Of a DNA stretch of 64,000 nucleotides, positions 1 through 14,152 are shown one piece after another (the first letter of the stretch is position 1; each line of letters starts with the position of its first letter). This DNA is from the human T2T-CHM13v2.0 reference genome, Homo sapiens. The stretch is taken from the NCBI RefSeq assembly GCF_009914755.1, contig NC_060925.1; one strand, 5' to 3'. The notes under the pieces were generated by a model. The model was not told where the DNA came from. It saw nothing but the letters and a program-made list of their open reading frames with translations, and did not search any database. The position numbers and the translations under genes were made by a program.

Positions 1-235
1 CAGTCTCGGTTCACTGCAACCTCCACCTCCCTGGTTCAAGCGATTTCTCCTGCCTCAGCCTCCCGAATACAGGACTACAGGCGCACGCCGCCACACCCAG
101 CTAATATTTGTATTTTTAGCAGAGACAGGGTTTCAACATGTTGGCCAGAATGATCTCAATCTCTTGTTCTTGTAATCCACCCACCTTGGCCTCCCAGAGT
201 GCTGGGATTACAGGCGTGTGCCACCACACCCGGCC
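1..235 (-). mobile_element. Alu (AluS-type), cut by window edge
   Basis: Antisense Alu body ending ...ccaccacacccggcc. Confidence 0.92.
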
Positions 236-843
236 AGCTTGGTATTATACATTTTAGAGAGGCATGAGACATCAATCAAGTACATTTAAGAAATACATTG
301 GTTTGGTCCAGAAAGGCGGGACAACTCAGAGTGGAAGGGCTTCCAGGCTGTAGTTGAATTTAAACATTTTCTGGATAAGTTTGTCTAAAGATCTGGGATT
401 GATAGAAAGGGAATGTTCAGGTTAAGATAAAGATTGTGGAGACCAAAGTTCTTTTGAAGTCTTATAGTGGCTGTCCTTAGAGACAATAGATGACAAACGT
501 TTCCCTTTCAGATCTTAGTTAATCTCTTTAGGATTGGGACAGTCTGGAAGAAAAAGATCTAGCTATGTTAATAGAGGTTCTTTACAGATGCACATTTTCC
601 CCCACAAAGAACAGCTTTGCAGGGCCAATTCAAAATATGACCAAGAAACATGTTTTGGGGTAAAATATTTTGATTTTCTTCCTTGTCTTGTATTGTTATG
701 CCAGAGTCAGGTTGGAAAGTAAACCAAGATATATAGGGTTAAATAAAACCCATCTGATGAGAATTTATGATTTGTAGGGCATGACTCCCCAGACCCCTTA
801 GATACGAATTTGGGCAAGGTAAAAATCAACAGTTTAGTCCTCA
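236..843 (-). mobile_element. ERV1-class LTR fragment, MER4-group
   Basis: Resembles MER4-type text (tatacattttagagaggcatgagacatcaatcaa; gtagggcatgactccccagacccctta) and ends ...tagtcctca; subfamily from memory. Confidence 0.7.
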
Positions 844-2090
844 TCACGTAAGACAGAAAAAGGAAGTTGGTGTTAACCTGTATTATACCCATGAAAACCA
901 GAAATGCCATTATCAGAAAGAGTCGTGTCAGATTTCAATATAACTTTTTGAAATATCATGAGTTGTTTAAACACTCATTTGTTTTTGTTTTTATATTGCT
1001 AGTTTTCATGCTTTTGATTCACCTCACTAAAAAATAACTTGTTAGATTTTTTTTTGGCATAGAAAAGTGAAAAGAAAATTAAAACGGCACATTGACCATA
1101 ATTTCACTGCCCAGTTAACTTATGTTGACATTGAAAAGTGAAGGGGGAAAAAAATTACAGAGTTAAAAAAATGCAAAGAGTGGCATAAAACAAAAAGTAA
1201 AATCTTCCCTTTTTTATCTGCCTTTCCTTCCTACCCCTCACCCTAACCTCTCTCCTCAAATGTAATAAAGTTTAACAGTATTTTTGTCTGACAAATCACA
1301 CCCTAAATTTTATTGAGTAGAAAAAGCAACATGTGGAACACACAGTACACCATTTAGAAATTGTTTAAAGTATGCAAAATAAGTCTTTATTGTTTAGGAT
1401 TGCATATATATGTAATCAAGTCTAAAGGCAAACATAGGAATAATAAAGACTAAATTCAGGTTAGTGGGTACTTTTGGGGGAGATTGCATGATGAATTGGA
1501 GAGAGCTGTTCATGGAACTCCAATTATGCTTTTTAAGCTGAGAGGTTTGTCAAGGGTGTTCATCAGATTTTTAAAAACTTTTTGTATGTTTGAAATAGTA
1601 ATAAAACTCATATTGTACCTGCCCATATATATGCCCGCCAAAATCTTAGGAGTATTTTTTTCCTTCTGATTGACACATAATAATTATATATGAGATACAG
1701 TGTTATATTTTAAAACATATATACAGTGTATAATGATCAGATCAGGGTAATTATGTCTGTCACCTCAAACATTTATTTCTTTGTGTTAATATTCCAGATC
1801 CTCTCTTCTAGCTTTTTGAAAATATACAATGCATTATTGTTAGCTATATTCAGCCTACATTGCTGTAGAGCACTAGAACTTACTCCTCCTACATAGCTGT
1901 AACTTTGCTTCTGTTAAACAACCTGTCCCTATCCTCCCCTCCTCCTTACCCATCCCAGCCTCTTGTAACCACAATTCTTCCCTTTACTTCTATGAGCATT
2001 TTTTTTTTAGCTCCTGCATATGAGTAAGAACTTGCAGTATTTATCTTTCTGTGCTTGATTTATTTCACTTAACATGATGTCTTCCAGGCT

Positions 2091-2297
2091 CAGCACACTG
2101 CAACCTCCGCCTCCCAGGTTCAAGTGATGCTCCTGCCTCAACCTCCCAAGTAGCTGGCATTACAGGCATACACCGCCATACCTGGGTAATTTTGTATTTT
2201 TAGTTGAGATGGGGTTGGTCAGCCTGACCTCAGATAATCCACCTGCCTCAGCCTCCCAGAGTGCTTGGATTACAGATGTGAGCCACCACGCCCTGCT
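2091..2297 (-). mobile_element. Partial Alu with deletions, inside L1
   Basis: Antisense Alu lacking the tail end, with an internal deletion near 2215-2225. Confidence 0.85.
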
Positions 2298-2778
2298 GTC
2301 TCTACTTTAGTTTTTCTTGCCTGTGCTTTTGAGATCTTAGCCATAAAATCTTTGCGTAGACCAATGTACTGAAGCATTTCCCCTGTGTTTTTTCTAGTAG
2401 TTTTATACTACTAGGTCTCACATTTGTAAGTCTTTAATCCATTTGAGTTGATTCTTGAATATAGTGAGAGATAGGGGTCTAGTTTCATTTTTCTGCATGT
2501 GGATATTCAATTTTCCTAGCACCATTTATTTATCCTTTCCCCACTCTATGTTCCTGGCATCTTTGTCAAAAATCAGTTGGCTGTAAATACATAGATTTAT
2601 TTCTGGGTTCTCATTTCTTTGGGTCTGTATGTCTTTTTATACCAATATCATGCTGTTTTGGTTACTATAGCTTTTTAGTGTATTTTGAAGTCAGGTAGTG
2701 TGATGCCTCCAGCTTTGTTCTTTTTGCTCTAGAGTGCTTTGGTTATTCTGAGGTTTTTGTGATTCCATACACATTTTA

Positions 2779-2883
<105 letters not shown>

Positions 2884-3002
2884 TCATGGACATGGGATGA
2901 CTTTTCATTTTGTGTATATGTCCTCCTCAGTTTCTTTTATTAGTGCTTTGTAGTTTTCATTGTGGAGATCTTTCAACTCCTTGGTTAAATTTATTCCCAA
3001 GT

Positions 3003-3057
3003 ATTTTATTTTATTTTATTTTATTTTATTTTATTTTATTTTATTTTATTTTATTTA
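3003..3057. repeat. (TTTTA)n microsatellite
   Basis: About 10-11 ATTTT units. Confidence 0.95.
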
Positions 3058-4349
3058 GCTGTTGTTAATGGGGTTGCCTTCTTGATTTTTTTCCAGCTAG
3101 TTTGTTATTGGTGTATGGAAATGCTACTGATTTTTGTATGTTGATTTTGTATCTTGCATCTTTACTGAATTTAACAGTTCTATGAGTTTTTTGATGCAGT
3201 CTTTAAGTTTTCCCATATATAAGTTCATATAATCTGCAAAGAGGGACAGTTTTGACTTCCTCTTTTCTAATGTGAATGCCCTTTGTTTCTTTCTCTTGTT
3301 TAATTACTCTAGCTGGGACTTCCAGTACTATGTTGAGTGTGGAAAGTGGGCATCCTTGTCTGGTTCTAGTTCTTAGAGGAAAAGCTTTGACCATTTCCCC
3401 ATTCAGTATGATGTTAGCTGTTGGTATGTCATATATGGTCCTTGTTGTGTTGAGGTATGTTTCTTGTATGCATAATTTGTGGTGACGTTTTATCTTGAAG
3501 AGATGTTGAATTTTATCAAATGCTTTTTCTGAGCCTATTGAGATGATCATAGGATCTTAGTTCTTCGTTCTGTTGATGTGATGTGTCACATTTATTGATT
3601 TGCATATGTTGGACCATCCTTGCATCCCTGAGTTAAATCCTCCTTCATCATGTTGAATAATCTTTTTAATGCGCCGTTGGATTTGGTTTGCTAGTAGTTT
3701 CTTGAGGATTTTTGTATCTGTGTTCATCAGTAATACTGGCTTGTGGTTTTCTTCTTTTATTGCATCCTTATCTGGTTTTGATGTCAGGGTAATGCTGGTT
3801 TCGTAGAATGAATTAGGAAGAATTTTCTCTCCAGTATTTTGGAATAGTTTCAGAAGAATTGGTGTAGTTCTTTAAAAGTTTGGTAGAATTCAGCAGTAAA
3901 GGCATTTGGTCCTGGGTTTTTCTTTGTTGGAAAACTTTTTAATATTTATTCAATCTTGTTATTTGTTATTAGTCTGTTAAGGTTTTCTATTTCTTTTGGT
4001 TCAATCTTTATAGGTTATACGTGTCTAAAAGTGTATCTACTTCGTCTAGGTTTTCCAGTTTGTTGGCATATAGTTGTTCATGACAACCTCTAATGATCTT
4101 TTATATTTCTGTGGTATCAGTTGTAATGCCTCTTTTTTTGTGTCTGATTTTATTTATTTGGGTCTTCTGTCTTTTTTTCTTGGTTATTCATAGCTAATAG
4201 TTGGTCAATTTTATTTCTTTTCAAAAAACCAACTTTTCATTTTATCATTTGTGTGTGTGTGTGTGTATACACACAACATATATGACACATGCCATGTGTG
4301 TCATATATGTATATATACATATATATGATATATATATTCACTTTTTTGG

Positions 4350-4641
4350 GGGTTTTTTTTGAGATGGAGTTTTGCTTTTATTGTCCGGGCTGGAGTGCAA
4401 TGGCATGATCTTGGCTTACTGCAACCTCCGCCTCACCTGGGAGGCGATCCTCCTGCCTCAGCCTCCCGAGTAGCTGGAATTACAGGCATGCGCCACCACA
4501 CCCGGCTAATTTTGTGTTTTTAGTAGAGATGGGGTTTCATCACGTTGACCATGCTGGTCTCAAACTCCCGACCTCAGGTGATCTGCCCGCCTTGGCCTCC
4601 CAAAGTACTGGGATTACAGGCGTAAGCCACCAAGCCTGGCC
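4350..4641 (-). mobile_element. Alu (AluS)
   Basis: Full antisense dimer flanked by TA/CA-rich low-complexity sequence. Confidence 0.92.
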
Positions 4642-5280
4642 AGATTTTCATGTACATATATAACCCACACATATGTGTATATGTGTGTGTGTATATGTAT
4701 ATATATATTCTATTTCATTTAGCTCTGATCTTTATTTCTTCTAATTTTGGATTTGATTTGTTCTTGCTTTTCTGGTTCTTTGAGGTGCATTATTACGTTG
4801 TTTATTTGAAATCTTTCTACTTTTCAGATGTGGGCATTTATTTTGCTTTATTCTTTCCTCTTAGTACTTCTTTTGCTGTATCTTGTAGGTTTTGGTATTT
4901 TGTGCTTCTGTTTTTATATTTTTCAAAAAATGATTTACTTCTTAATTTCTTCATAGATTCATTGGTCATTCAGGAGCATGTTTGTTAATTTTCATGTATT
5001 TGTACAGTTTGCAAAGTTCCTCTTGTTATTGATTTCTAGTTTTGTTCCATTGTAGTCTCAGAAGATACTTGAAATGACCCCAACGCAAATATTTAAAAAT
5101 TTGTTGAGACTTGTTTTGTAGCCTCACACATGGTTTGTCCTGGAGAATGTTTCGTGTGCTGATGAGAAGAATGTGTATTCTGCAGCTATGGAATGAAATG
5201 TTCTGTAAATGTCTGTTAGGTCCATTTGGTCTGTAGTGCACTCTAAGTTCAATGTTACTTTGTTGGTTTTCTGTTTAAAT

Positions 5281-5489
5281 CAGGGGTGTCTAATCTTTTG
5301 GCTTCCCTGAACCATGTTGGAAGAAGAATTGTCTTGGGCCACACATAAAACACTAACGATAGCTGATGAGCGGGGAAAAAAAAATCTTATAATGTTTTAA
5401 GAAAGTTTACAAATTGATGTTGGGCTGCATTCAGAGCTGTCCTTGGCTGCATGCAGTGCAGCCCACGTGCCACAGCTTGGACGAACTTA
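5281..5489 (+). mobile_element. MER30 (hAT-Charlie MITE)
   Basis: Starts caggggtgtctaatcttttggcttccctg; degenerate 8-bp TSD gtttaaat/atttagat; L1 resumes afterwards. Confidence 0.8.
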
Positions 5490-6138
5490 ATTTAGATGGT
5501 CTGTCCAGTGCTGAAAGTGAGGTAACATTTAATAGTTTTTCTGATGTATCCTCCCAGAAAAAGAAAAAAATTACTCTTGTACTAGCATGTATATATATAT
5601 TTGTATGTATGTAAAATCTTCAGTTCTGTTTCAAAAGTTTAGTAAAACCATATGTTTCTTGGAATTTTTTACCTGAGTTGACTCATATAACATCTCTGCA
5701 AGATTTTACAAGTTGGTTAATTGCTACATTGTGATAAGATTATTTGTTTATGTCAGTTCTTTCCCATACACTTATCAGGACATAATGAGTTCTGAATGAT
5801 GCATGAGTTCCTTCATTCATTCAGTATCTCCCCCAGGGTCTTACGGCAACTGGGATCATATTTATTCCTGAATTAGGCTTTCATCTTAAAATACCTCTGA
5901 GAAGTATAAAATAATGTGCACAAGGAAGAAGTATATAAATATTAGTGTATCATTGTGCAGATTCACAGGAAGAAAGGAAAATCCAAAGTCAAGGAAACTT
6001 TTTATGTCTGTGATTGTTATTTTACTATTTCCTAGGATTGTGTATATACTAGTTATCTTTGCTCCGGAGCAACATTTTGCCCCATTAAAATCTTAAGCTT
6101 GGACCCCAAGAAACCCCTAGATTTCTTGTCCCCTAAAG

Positions 6139-6341
6139 CAGAGGTATTCAGCAGAATTTTCTATGAAGATGGGCATGTTCTATGTCTGTGAGGTCCAATA
6201 TAGTAGCCATAGCTACATATGGCTATTGAGCATTCAAAATCTACCTAGTGTAACTGAGGAACTGAATTTTTAATTTTATTTAATATTAATTAATTTCAAA
6301 TAGTCACAGATGACTGATGGCTGCTGTGCAAGATAGCGCAG
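6139..6341. mobile_element. MER3-like hAT MITE
   Basis: About 200 bp with tagctacatatggctattgagca core; degenerate TSD ccctaaag/ctctagag. Confidence 0.72.
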
Positions 6342-6863
6342 CTCTAGAGAGTTACTGGATTCCTTTAGGAGCAAGAAGCAGTAGACCCAAAGTCCAGAAG
6401 ACAGAGTTCTTAGTCATACAGGATTAATTACTCAGTTCAGTGTGCTTGCATGTAAAGTATGGTTCCATAATCATATTTATTGCTTTCAGGGTTTATAACT
6501 CTGGCTTAGTGGAGGTATGTGCTAGCTCCTTTGGATAATCTCAGTGTCTTAAAAGACGGAACTCAAAAAAGGTTTATGAAAAGATCCTTACCTTTTAATA
6601 ACTGGTACTAAATAGATCTCTATCAGAGAGAAACTCCTTTGCAGTACAGAATATACTGAATGTTATTTGCATCTCTGAGTGTTTAATATTCACAGTGTAA
6701 CTTGATAACCAATATACAGTAAACTACCTTGTGATTATAAAAAGTATTTTATAGCCTGGGAAGGGGAAAATAATGAAAAGTGATACAATATACTCTTCCA
6801 CATTCTTAAGGATAAATCAAATAAGACCTCTTCTTTTTGAATATACATTTAAATTCAATACCA

Positions 6864-7186
6864 GGCTGGGTGCGTTGGCTCACGCCTGTAATCCCAACAC
6901 TTTGGGAGGCCGAGGTGGGCGGATCACTTGAGGTGAAGAGTTCGACACCAGCCTGACCAACATAGCAAAACCTTGTCTCTACTAAAAAAAATAAAATAAA
7001 ATAAAAAATTAGCCAGGCTTTGTGGCACATGCCTATAATCCAGCTACTAGGGAGGGTGAGGCAGGAGAATCTCTTGAACCCAGGAGGCGGAGGTTGCAGT
7101 AAGCCAAGACTGCACCACTGCACTCCCAGCCTGGGTGACAGAGCAAGACTCCATCTCAAATAAATAAATAAATTAATTAATTAATT
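6864..7186 (+). mobile_element. Alu (AluS)
   Basis: Sense dimer with (AAAT)n tail, TSD about aatacca. Confidence 0.93.
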
Positions 7187-7585
7187 TAATACCAGCAGTT
7201 CAATTTCTGTTTGGGAAAAGAGAAGCTATTCCTTGAAAACGTGACTGTGGATTTGAAAAATAGTATTCTGAACACTCTATGCACTGGATATCATTTCCTA
7301 GTGTTATTTAATGGCCCATTGAAGAGATGTTTAAAAATGTTACAAACTCAAATAAATTTGGAAAATGGCAGGACATTATGTCCCCCTCTTGAATATTCAC
7401 AGGATGTATTAGCAATATTAAGGACTAGAAGAAGTCCTGTAGTAAAGAAATCCATTTAACATTGTTTAGTGTTTAACCCAGTGTTTCCCATATGAGGTTA
7501 GCATGGAATTTTTCATGTAATACCTGCAAACATTTTGAAGGATATGATTTTGGAAAAAATTCAATAATTGACCCTTCTAATCTAA

Positions 7586-8017
<432 letters not shown>

Positions 8018-8183
8018 ATTCTTTTACAATTCTAATTGTTTCAGTGAGTTCTTCATTATGTAGCACTTGGATCTTCTCTCCCATAGCTTCCAACTAGCTT
8101 TCCAACCTGCAGGTAAAAATATGTTAGTCAAACATGGTAACTGTGTGTCTGAATACTCTTGCCTTTCTTATTTTATTTCACAG

Positions 8184-8331
8184 GCACCTCTGTGGGCATA
8201 TATTGCTTGTGCCTGTGGCCTTTTCATTTACCAGTCTTTGGATGCTATTGATGGGAAACAGGCAAGAAGAACCAATAGTAGTTCTCCTCTGGGAGAACTT
8301 TTTGATCATGGCTGTGATTCACTATCAACAG
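8184..8331 (+). CDS. CEPT1: CEPT1 coding exon (exon 3 in usual numbering), 148 nt, carries the CDP-alcohol phosphotransferase motif
   Basis: ttttatttcacag|GCACCT...TCAACAG|gtattg; encodes [49 protein letters not shown], matching DG(x2)AR(x8)G(x3)D(x3)D. Confidence 0.97.
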
Positions 8332-8764
8332 GTATTGTTGATTTTTTTAATGTTATTGATTATTAACAATGGTTAAACCAGTGTGCTAAGCAGTGTTAGA
8401 ATACATGTTTAGTCATGAGAATAAGTAATTTTGTATTAAATTTTAGTATTTCTCAAAAGACTATGAACCTAGTTAATATTTGTTCATTATTGGTAGTGTT
8501 AGGAAATTTAGAAATTACTTTCTGCTTGTTATTTTTAGCCCCAAATATTGTTTTGGCATCTTTTGTTTTTAAAAGCTTGGGGCATAATTGTCACCATCAA
8601 AACTCTTATGAACTAAATGAGAGTACAGTGGTGGGAGACTAGTTAGGTAATTTGTGGTCTTCATATATTTAAATGAATGTTATGTAGACATTCAGAATTA
8701 TGTTAATGGACTTGGATTATAACTACGTCATAAGAAGCTCAGAGAAAGACTATGACAAATTAGG

Positions 8765-8940
8765 AGTATCGTTAATATTGCATTGTGTACTGGAAATTTG
8801 CTAAGAGAGTACATTTTAGATGCTTTTACCACAGGAGAAAAAAGGTAACTATGGGACATGATGGATAGGTTAATTTGCTTAACTATAGTAATCATTTATA
8901 TATATGGCATGTTTTACACCTCATATACAATTTTTAAAAG
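8765..8940 (+). mobile_element. L1M 3' end fragment
   Basis: tggaaatttgctaagagagta...ggtaactatg...gttaatttgcttaactatagtaatcattt is typical of L1MA 3' ends. Confidence 0.65.
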
Positions 8941-9959
8941 AAACACTAAAGTGCTAGCAATAACTGAGTTACTCTGTTTGGATTATAAGTGATATCTCTT
9001 TATTTGCACTGTTTTGCAAGTTTTTAAAATAGTAGTTTATTATGTTTTTAGAGAGGAAAAAGACACTTAAAATCTAAATGACAGTTTTTCAGCTAGTCTT
9101 TCTGACAGGAACTCATCCCTCCCCTCTTTTATTTTTGTTTTATTTAGTTTCTCAATTATTTTCTTGTTTGACATGGCACTTAAAATATTTAAAAAGAAAC
9201 TAACAAAAACCCCTTATAGTTTTACCTCCTGAATCCACATTTACAGGTATAGGTGCATATCAAAATCATTGCTTCATTGTATCCCAACAGCAGCTTATTT
9301 AGTAGAGGAGGAGAAGCAACTAAGGTCATATAATTTTTTAAGAGTCAAATCAAGAAATACTCAAAACTTCTGTTGAATAAATGGTAGTTGGCTGTCTTGA
9401 AAGGCAACAACCAGCTGACTGCAGGATGGCAGGATGGCAGGCTTCCTATTATTTATTTTAAATTGCAGTCATTTTTGCGTTGTAGTTTGAGGTCTAGACT
9501 TTTATAGGAAGTCTTTTTCTATGTATGTCACCCATAACAATATCTGTTTAAAAAAAAAAAGACAGTTATCAATCTGAAGCAAGTAAGTCGGTCCGTCTGG
9601 GGATTATATAGCCCCTTTGTTTTTCTTTTTTGGCTGTCTGCCTTGTAATGATTTGCTGATCATTAGTACTAGTGTCTCTAAGTCAGGAAAATACTCGAAG
9701 AAATGTTGAAGTATTTTAGTTGCCTTCAAGAACTTTGCTTCCACTAAGTGATTTGGTAAAAAAAAAAAAAAAAAAGAGAGATTGAAATTATGGGGTAAGA
9801 GATTATGTAACAGATTATATCCTACTTTTCTGTTACAATAGATAACTGAGAGAAGATTATGCATTTACAGCATATCTTTTTGTCTCATCTAAAATCATTT
9901 CCAGCTCAGTTGTTTGCTATTCATATTATTTGGTTTTCATCGTGATCTTTCTTCTGCAG

Positions 9960-10101
9960 TTTTTGTGGTTCTTGGAACTTGTATTGCAGTGCAGCTGGGG
10001 ACAAACCCTGATTGGATGTTTTTTTGTTGTTTTGCGGGGACATTTATGTTCTATTGTGCGCACTGGCAAACGTATGTTTCTGGAACATTGCGATTTGGAA
10101 T
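9960..10101 (+). CDS. CEPT1: CEPT1 coding exon 4, 142 nt
   Basis: ctttcttctgcag|TTTTTGTG...GGAAT|gtaagt; (V)[46 protein letters not shown](I); phase 1 in, phase 2 out, consistent with neighbours. Confidence 0.97.
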
Positions 10102-12152
10102 GTAAGTAATACTTAATGGTAATTTTTGTTTTCTCTTTCACATATGGAGAATGTTGCCTTATAAGTATTTGAGTATTAGAAATTGATCAAATCACTAAGT
10201 TAGTTTAATAAATTAAAAAATTTATGCTTCATTATTATAGCTATTTCCTAATAGTCTCTGCATATGTCCCTCTATTATACTTTTTTAAAAGGAGATATCA
10301 GAACCTCCCAGCCAGTATTTTAAAAGCAATACAAAAAGCAGTAGCCCCTCATCTTTGTCTTTCCCACAGAAAAATTCACTTTTTTTCCCCACCATTATTT
10401 ACCTTAATTCCATTTTTATTTTCACATATAAAAATGCATTTCCAGGAAAAAGAAGATGGTTTCTGAGAGCAGCGCCCTAATCCAATATTAATTTTTAGTG
10501 TTTCTACTATTTTCAAAAATGGCAGAATTTATAATATCTGGATTTCACATAGTTTATGTTTCGTTGGTTATTATCTCACAGTTCACTTTCAATACCTATT
10601 TTGAAAGCTTATTTATCTGTCAGCCCTAATGTATTCTCTTTCCCTTTCAAATAATACATCACCAACCATATGGTGTGGGAACTGAAGGAAGGAAAGAAAA
10701 TTAACCATGGATGTAGGAGAAGAGTAAATAGTGTTTTTAGAAGTGATTTGATATCACAGCTTTCTGTCTTCCAGTCTTTGAATTTCCCTCATGATGTTGT
10801 CCTGTGATGAAGTATGTATTTAGAGAACTGTAAACAACTCCATATGGTTGGATGATAAGATGCCTGCCTGTAGGGAGTGGCAGGAGATAAGGCTGGAGAA
10901 GATCCAGAAAATCAAGGTCCTGTGCTCTGCCAAGAAATATGAGCTTTTACCCTGAATCTGCAGGGAACTTTTGCAGGACCTAAAGCAGGGAAATGACAAA
11001 AGTGCCTTTTAGAAAGATCAGTCTGGCAGTAAGGCAGAGGGTAAATTGTAGTAGGCTGTGACAGAAGCAAGGAGACCCGTTAGAGGAAGCATCAGCATAA
11101 TTAATGTGAATGATGAAGCATGCACTAACACAATGGCAGTGCTATTGCAGAGCAAGGAATAAATTGGAGAGAGACTTTTGAGGTAGAAACTATAGGACAC
11201 AATGTGTGTTTGGATGTGGGGAATGAATGAGAGGGCAGAGACTGAAATGACTCCTAGTTCCCTTCCTTGGGTGGCTGGATGAAGGTAGAGAAAGGCACTA
11301 CAGGAAGAGGAACCTATTTAAAGAGAGCAGTCTACCCAGAAACATATGTGAGGGATTTTAGACATCCAAATAAAATGAGAACAGGAGAAAACTTAGAGAA
11401 CAAGCTTAGAAAGAAGCCCATGAAATTTATTGAACAGCCAGAGTAGTAGGAGGCGTACTGGAATATAAAGCCAGAAGGATGCATTTCACAAAAGAACATT
11501 GCTAAATCCTGCCAAGACTCAAAATGAGGACAGAAAAGTGTACATTGAATTTGGCAGTGTGAACTATTCATAGTAATTTCTGTGTAATGGTGAGACAGAA
11601 GCCAGACTGTAGGGGATAAGAAGTGAATGGAACAAATAAGTAGACTACTATTTATTACACATTATATATCGTTACTTATAAAATGTGTGACTGTGATGTG
11701 AAGGAGAGAAGCATTGGTTAGAGGAGAGAATATGGGCTCAAAGGAAGGAGGGTCTTGTATTTTTATGAGAAAATTTTGAGCATTCAGAAGAAATCTGCTA
11801 GAGAAGAGATTGAAGATACTGAATAAAAAGAGGGAATGATTTATAGAACAATAGCTAAAGATATAGGAACAAAGGAGTTCTAGGGTAAAAGGCAGAGGCA
11901 TTAAACAGGAGGAAACTCTGCCACTGACACTAGAGTGCTTGCAAGGCTTGGGGTTGGGGGCGGGGGGAAACACTAGATATATTAAGATTAGTTTGAATTT
12001 AATATATGAACTTGAATTTTAGTATTACAAGGGATTAGTTTTAATTTGGGAAATTGTATCCAATTTTCAGAAATTCTACATTTGCATTAAAGCAGCACCA
12101 AATTTGTTTTTTAAATTAAAAGCAGGCTATAATGTTCATAGAAATGTGCTAT

Positions 12153-12422
12153 GGCCAGGCACAGTGGCTTATGCCTTTAATTCCAGCATTCTGGGAGCCC
12201 GAGGAAAGAGGATCACTTGAGCCCAGGATTTCAAGACCAGCCTGAGCAATATAGACCTGGTCTCTACAAAAAAATTTTTTAAAAATTAGCCAAGCACGGT
12301 GGCGCATGCCTGTAGGAGGATCACTTGCGCCCTGGAAATAGAGGTTGCAGTGAGCTGAGATAGCACCACTGTACTCCATCCAGCCTGGCAACAGAGCAAG
12401 AACATGTCTCAAAAAAAAAAAA
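12153..12422 (+). mobile_element. Alu (AluJ-like)
   Basis: Diverged sense dimer with A tail and internal deletion. Confidence 0.9.
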
Positions 12423-13408
12423 GAAATGCAGGCTAAGTGCTCTACACTAGGGAGCCATTTATCAAAATAACAATGTAATGGAGGCATATAGAATAAATAG
12501 AGATATACATATAGATACATAGAATCTATAGAATACATATAGATATCCCTAAAGACTTATTGCAGTTTGTATGCATGGAGGAGAAAGTCAAAATTTATTT
12601 TGCTTAATAAGGAGGGAACAAGGTCAGCTCTGAAATGTAGTTTGAGTAAAGAAATTTTTTAAAATCACTTGCATTTTCTTACTGTTTTCTAGAAAAAAGT
12701 GAAAGCAGATTTAAGTACCTTAGGAATCTTATTTTTAAACATGCTTATTTATTTGAATTGTTTTATTTTGATGTTTACATACATAAGTGAAAATAATGAG
12801 AATTTCTTTTTTATTTATAATTTAGGTTGTTATACTTTTAATAACTTCATAAAATAGAATGTTTGCCAGATAAGAATTTTTTGTTCCTTAGCCTCTTTAT
12901 TATTACTGTTTTTAATTGCTATTAAGTTTGCTTATAGTATCTTGAACAAAAATAGTCACAGGATTTTAATTCATCTGTAACTAAATAATTCTCATTAAAG
13001 TCTAGCCTTTTGAGAAAGCAGATGTGCTTTGGATACATCTTCCCTGAAATTATGAGCTACGTCTTCCAGCAGTTTGCTCTGATCACAGCTAAAAGCTACC
13101 TTGCACAGAGAATATGAGTGCCTGTCATGTCTAGACAGACTCCTGTTCTCACAGTGCCGCTGGATTGAGCAAGTAGAGATCTGACAGAGATGACTAGCCT
13201 GGATAGGAAAGACTGGGGAGGAAAATGGGGTTAGAGGCTAGAATTTCATGGGAGGATTGGGTTGTAGAAGATAAATATGAATTGAAGCTCATCTTTGCAA
13301 AATACTCTTTAAGATATTTATATCTTAAATTATACTGAATATCTCCCATTATACTGAATGGGAGAGTTCACATTTTCTCCCTTAAGACCTAAACTATCTA
13401 TATTAGGA

Positions 13409-13725
13409 TTTTTTTGGATTGTTTTGTTTTGTTTTGTTTTGTTTTTGAGATGGACTCTTGCTCTGTTTCCCAGGCTGGAGTGTAGTGGCACAACCTCGGC
13501 TCACTGCAACCTCCGCCTCCCGGGTTCAAGCAATTCTGCCTCAGCCTCCCGAGTAGCTAGGACTACAGGTGCGTGCTGCCACCATGCCCAGCTAGTTTTT
13601 TGCATTTTTAGTAGAGATGGGGTTTCACCGTGTTAGCCAGGATGGTCTCGATCTCCTGACCTCGTGATCTGCCCACCTTGGCCTCCCAAAGTGCTGGGAT
13701 TAGGTGTGAGCCACCGCACCCGGCC
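13409..13725 (-). mobile_element. Alu (AluSc/Y-like)
   Basis: Antisense dimer, (TTTTG)n tail, TSD tatattagg. Confidence 0.92.
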
Positions 13726-13849
13726 TATATTAGGTTATTTTTAATTCTATAACTTGTAGACATATATATATAGAATCATTTCTATAAGTTAAATGCTTAG
13801 AAATCCTAATCAATCTTTAATAAAACTATACTTACATAAAACATCGGTC

Positions 13850-14152
13850 TTTTTTTTTTTTTTTTTTTTTTTGAGACGGAGTCTCACTGTGTCGCCCAGG
13901 CTAGAGTGCAGTGGTGCGATCTCGACTCACTGCAACCTCCGCCTCCTGGGTTCATGCCATTCTCCTGCCTCAGCCTCTGAGTAGCTGGGACTACAGGCAC
14001 CCGCCACCATGCCCGGCTAATTTTTTGTATTTTTAGTAGAGACAGGGTTTCACCGTGTTAGCCAGGATGGTCTCCATCTCCTGACCTCGTGATCCGCCCG
14101 CCTTGGCCTCCCAAAGTGCTGGGATTACAGGCGTGAGCCACTGCGCCCGGCC
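13850..14152 (-). mobile_element. AluY
   Basis: Antisense dimer, perfect TSD TAAAACATCGGTCTT. Confidence 0.93.

Noticed and set aside
3203-3550. 115-aa reverse-transcriptase-like ORF
   Set aside because: Fragment of a decayed L1 ORF2, not a gene or active element
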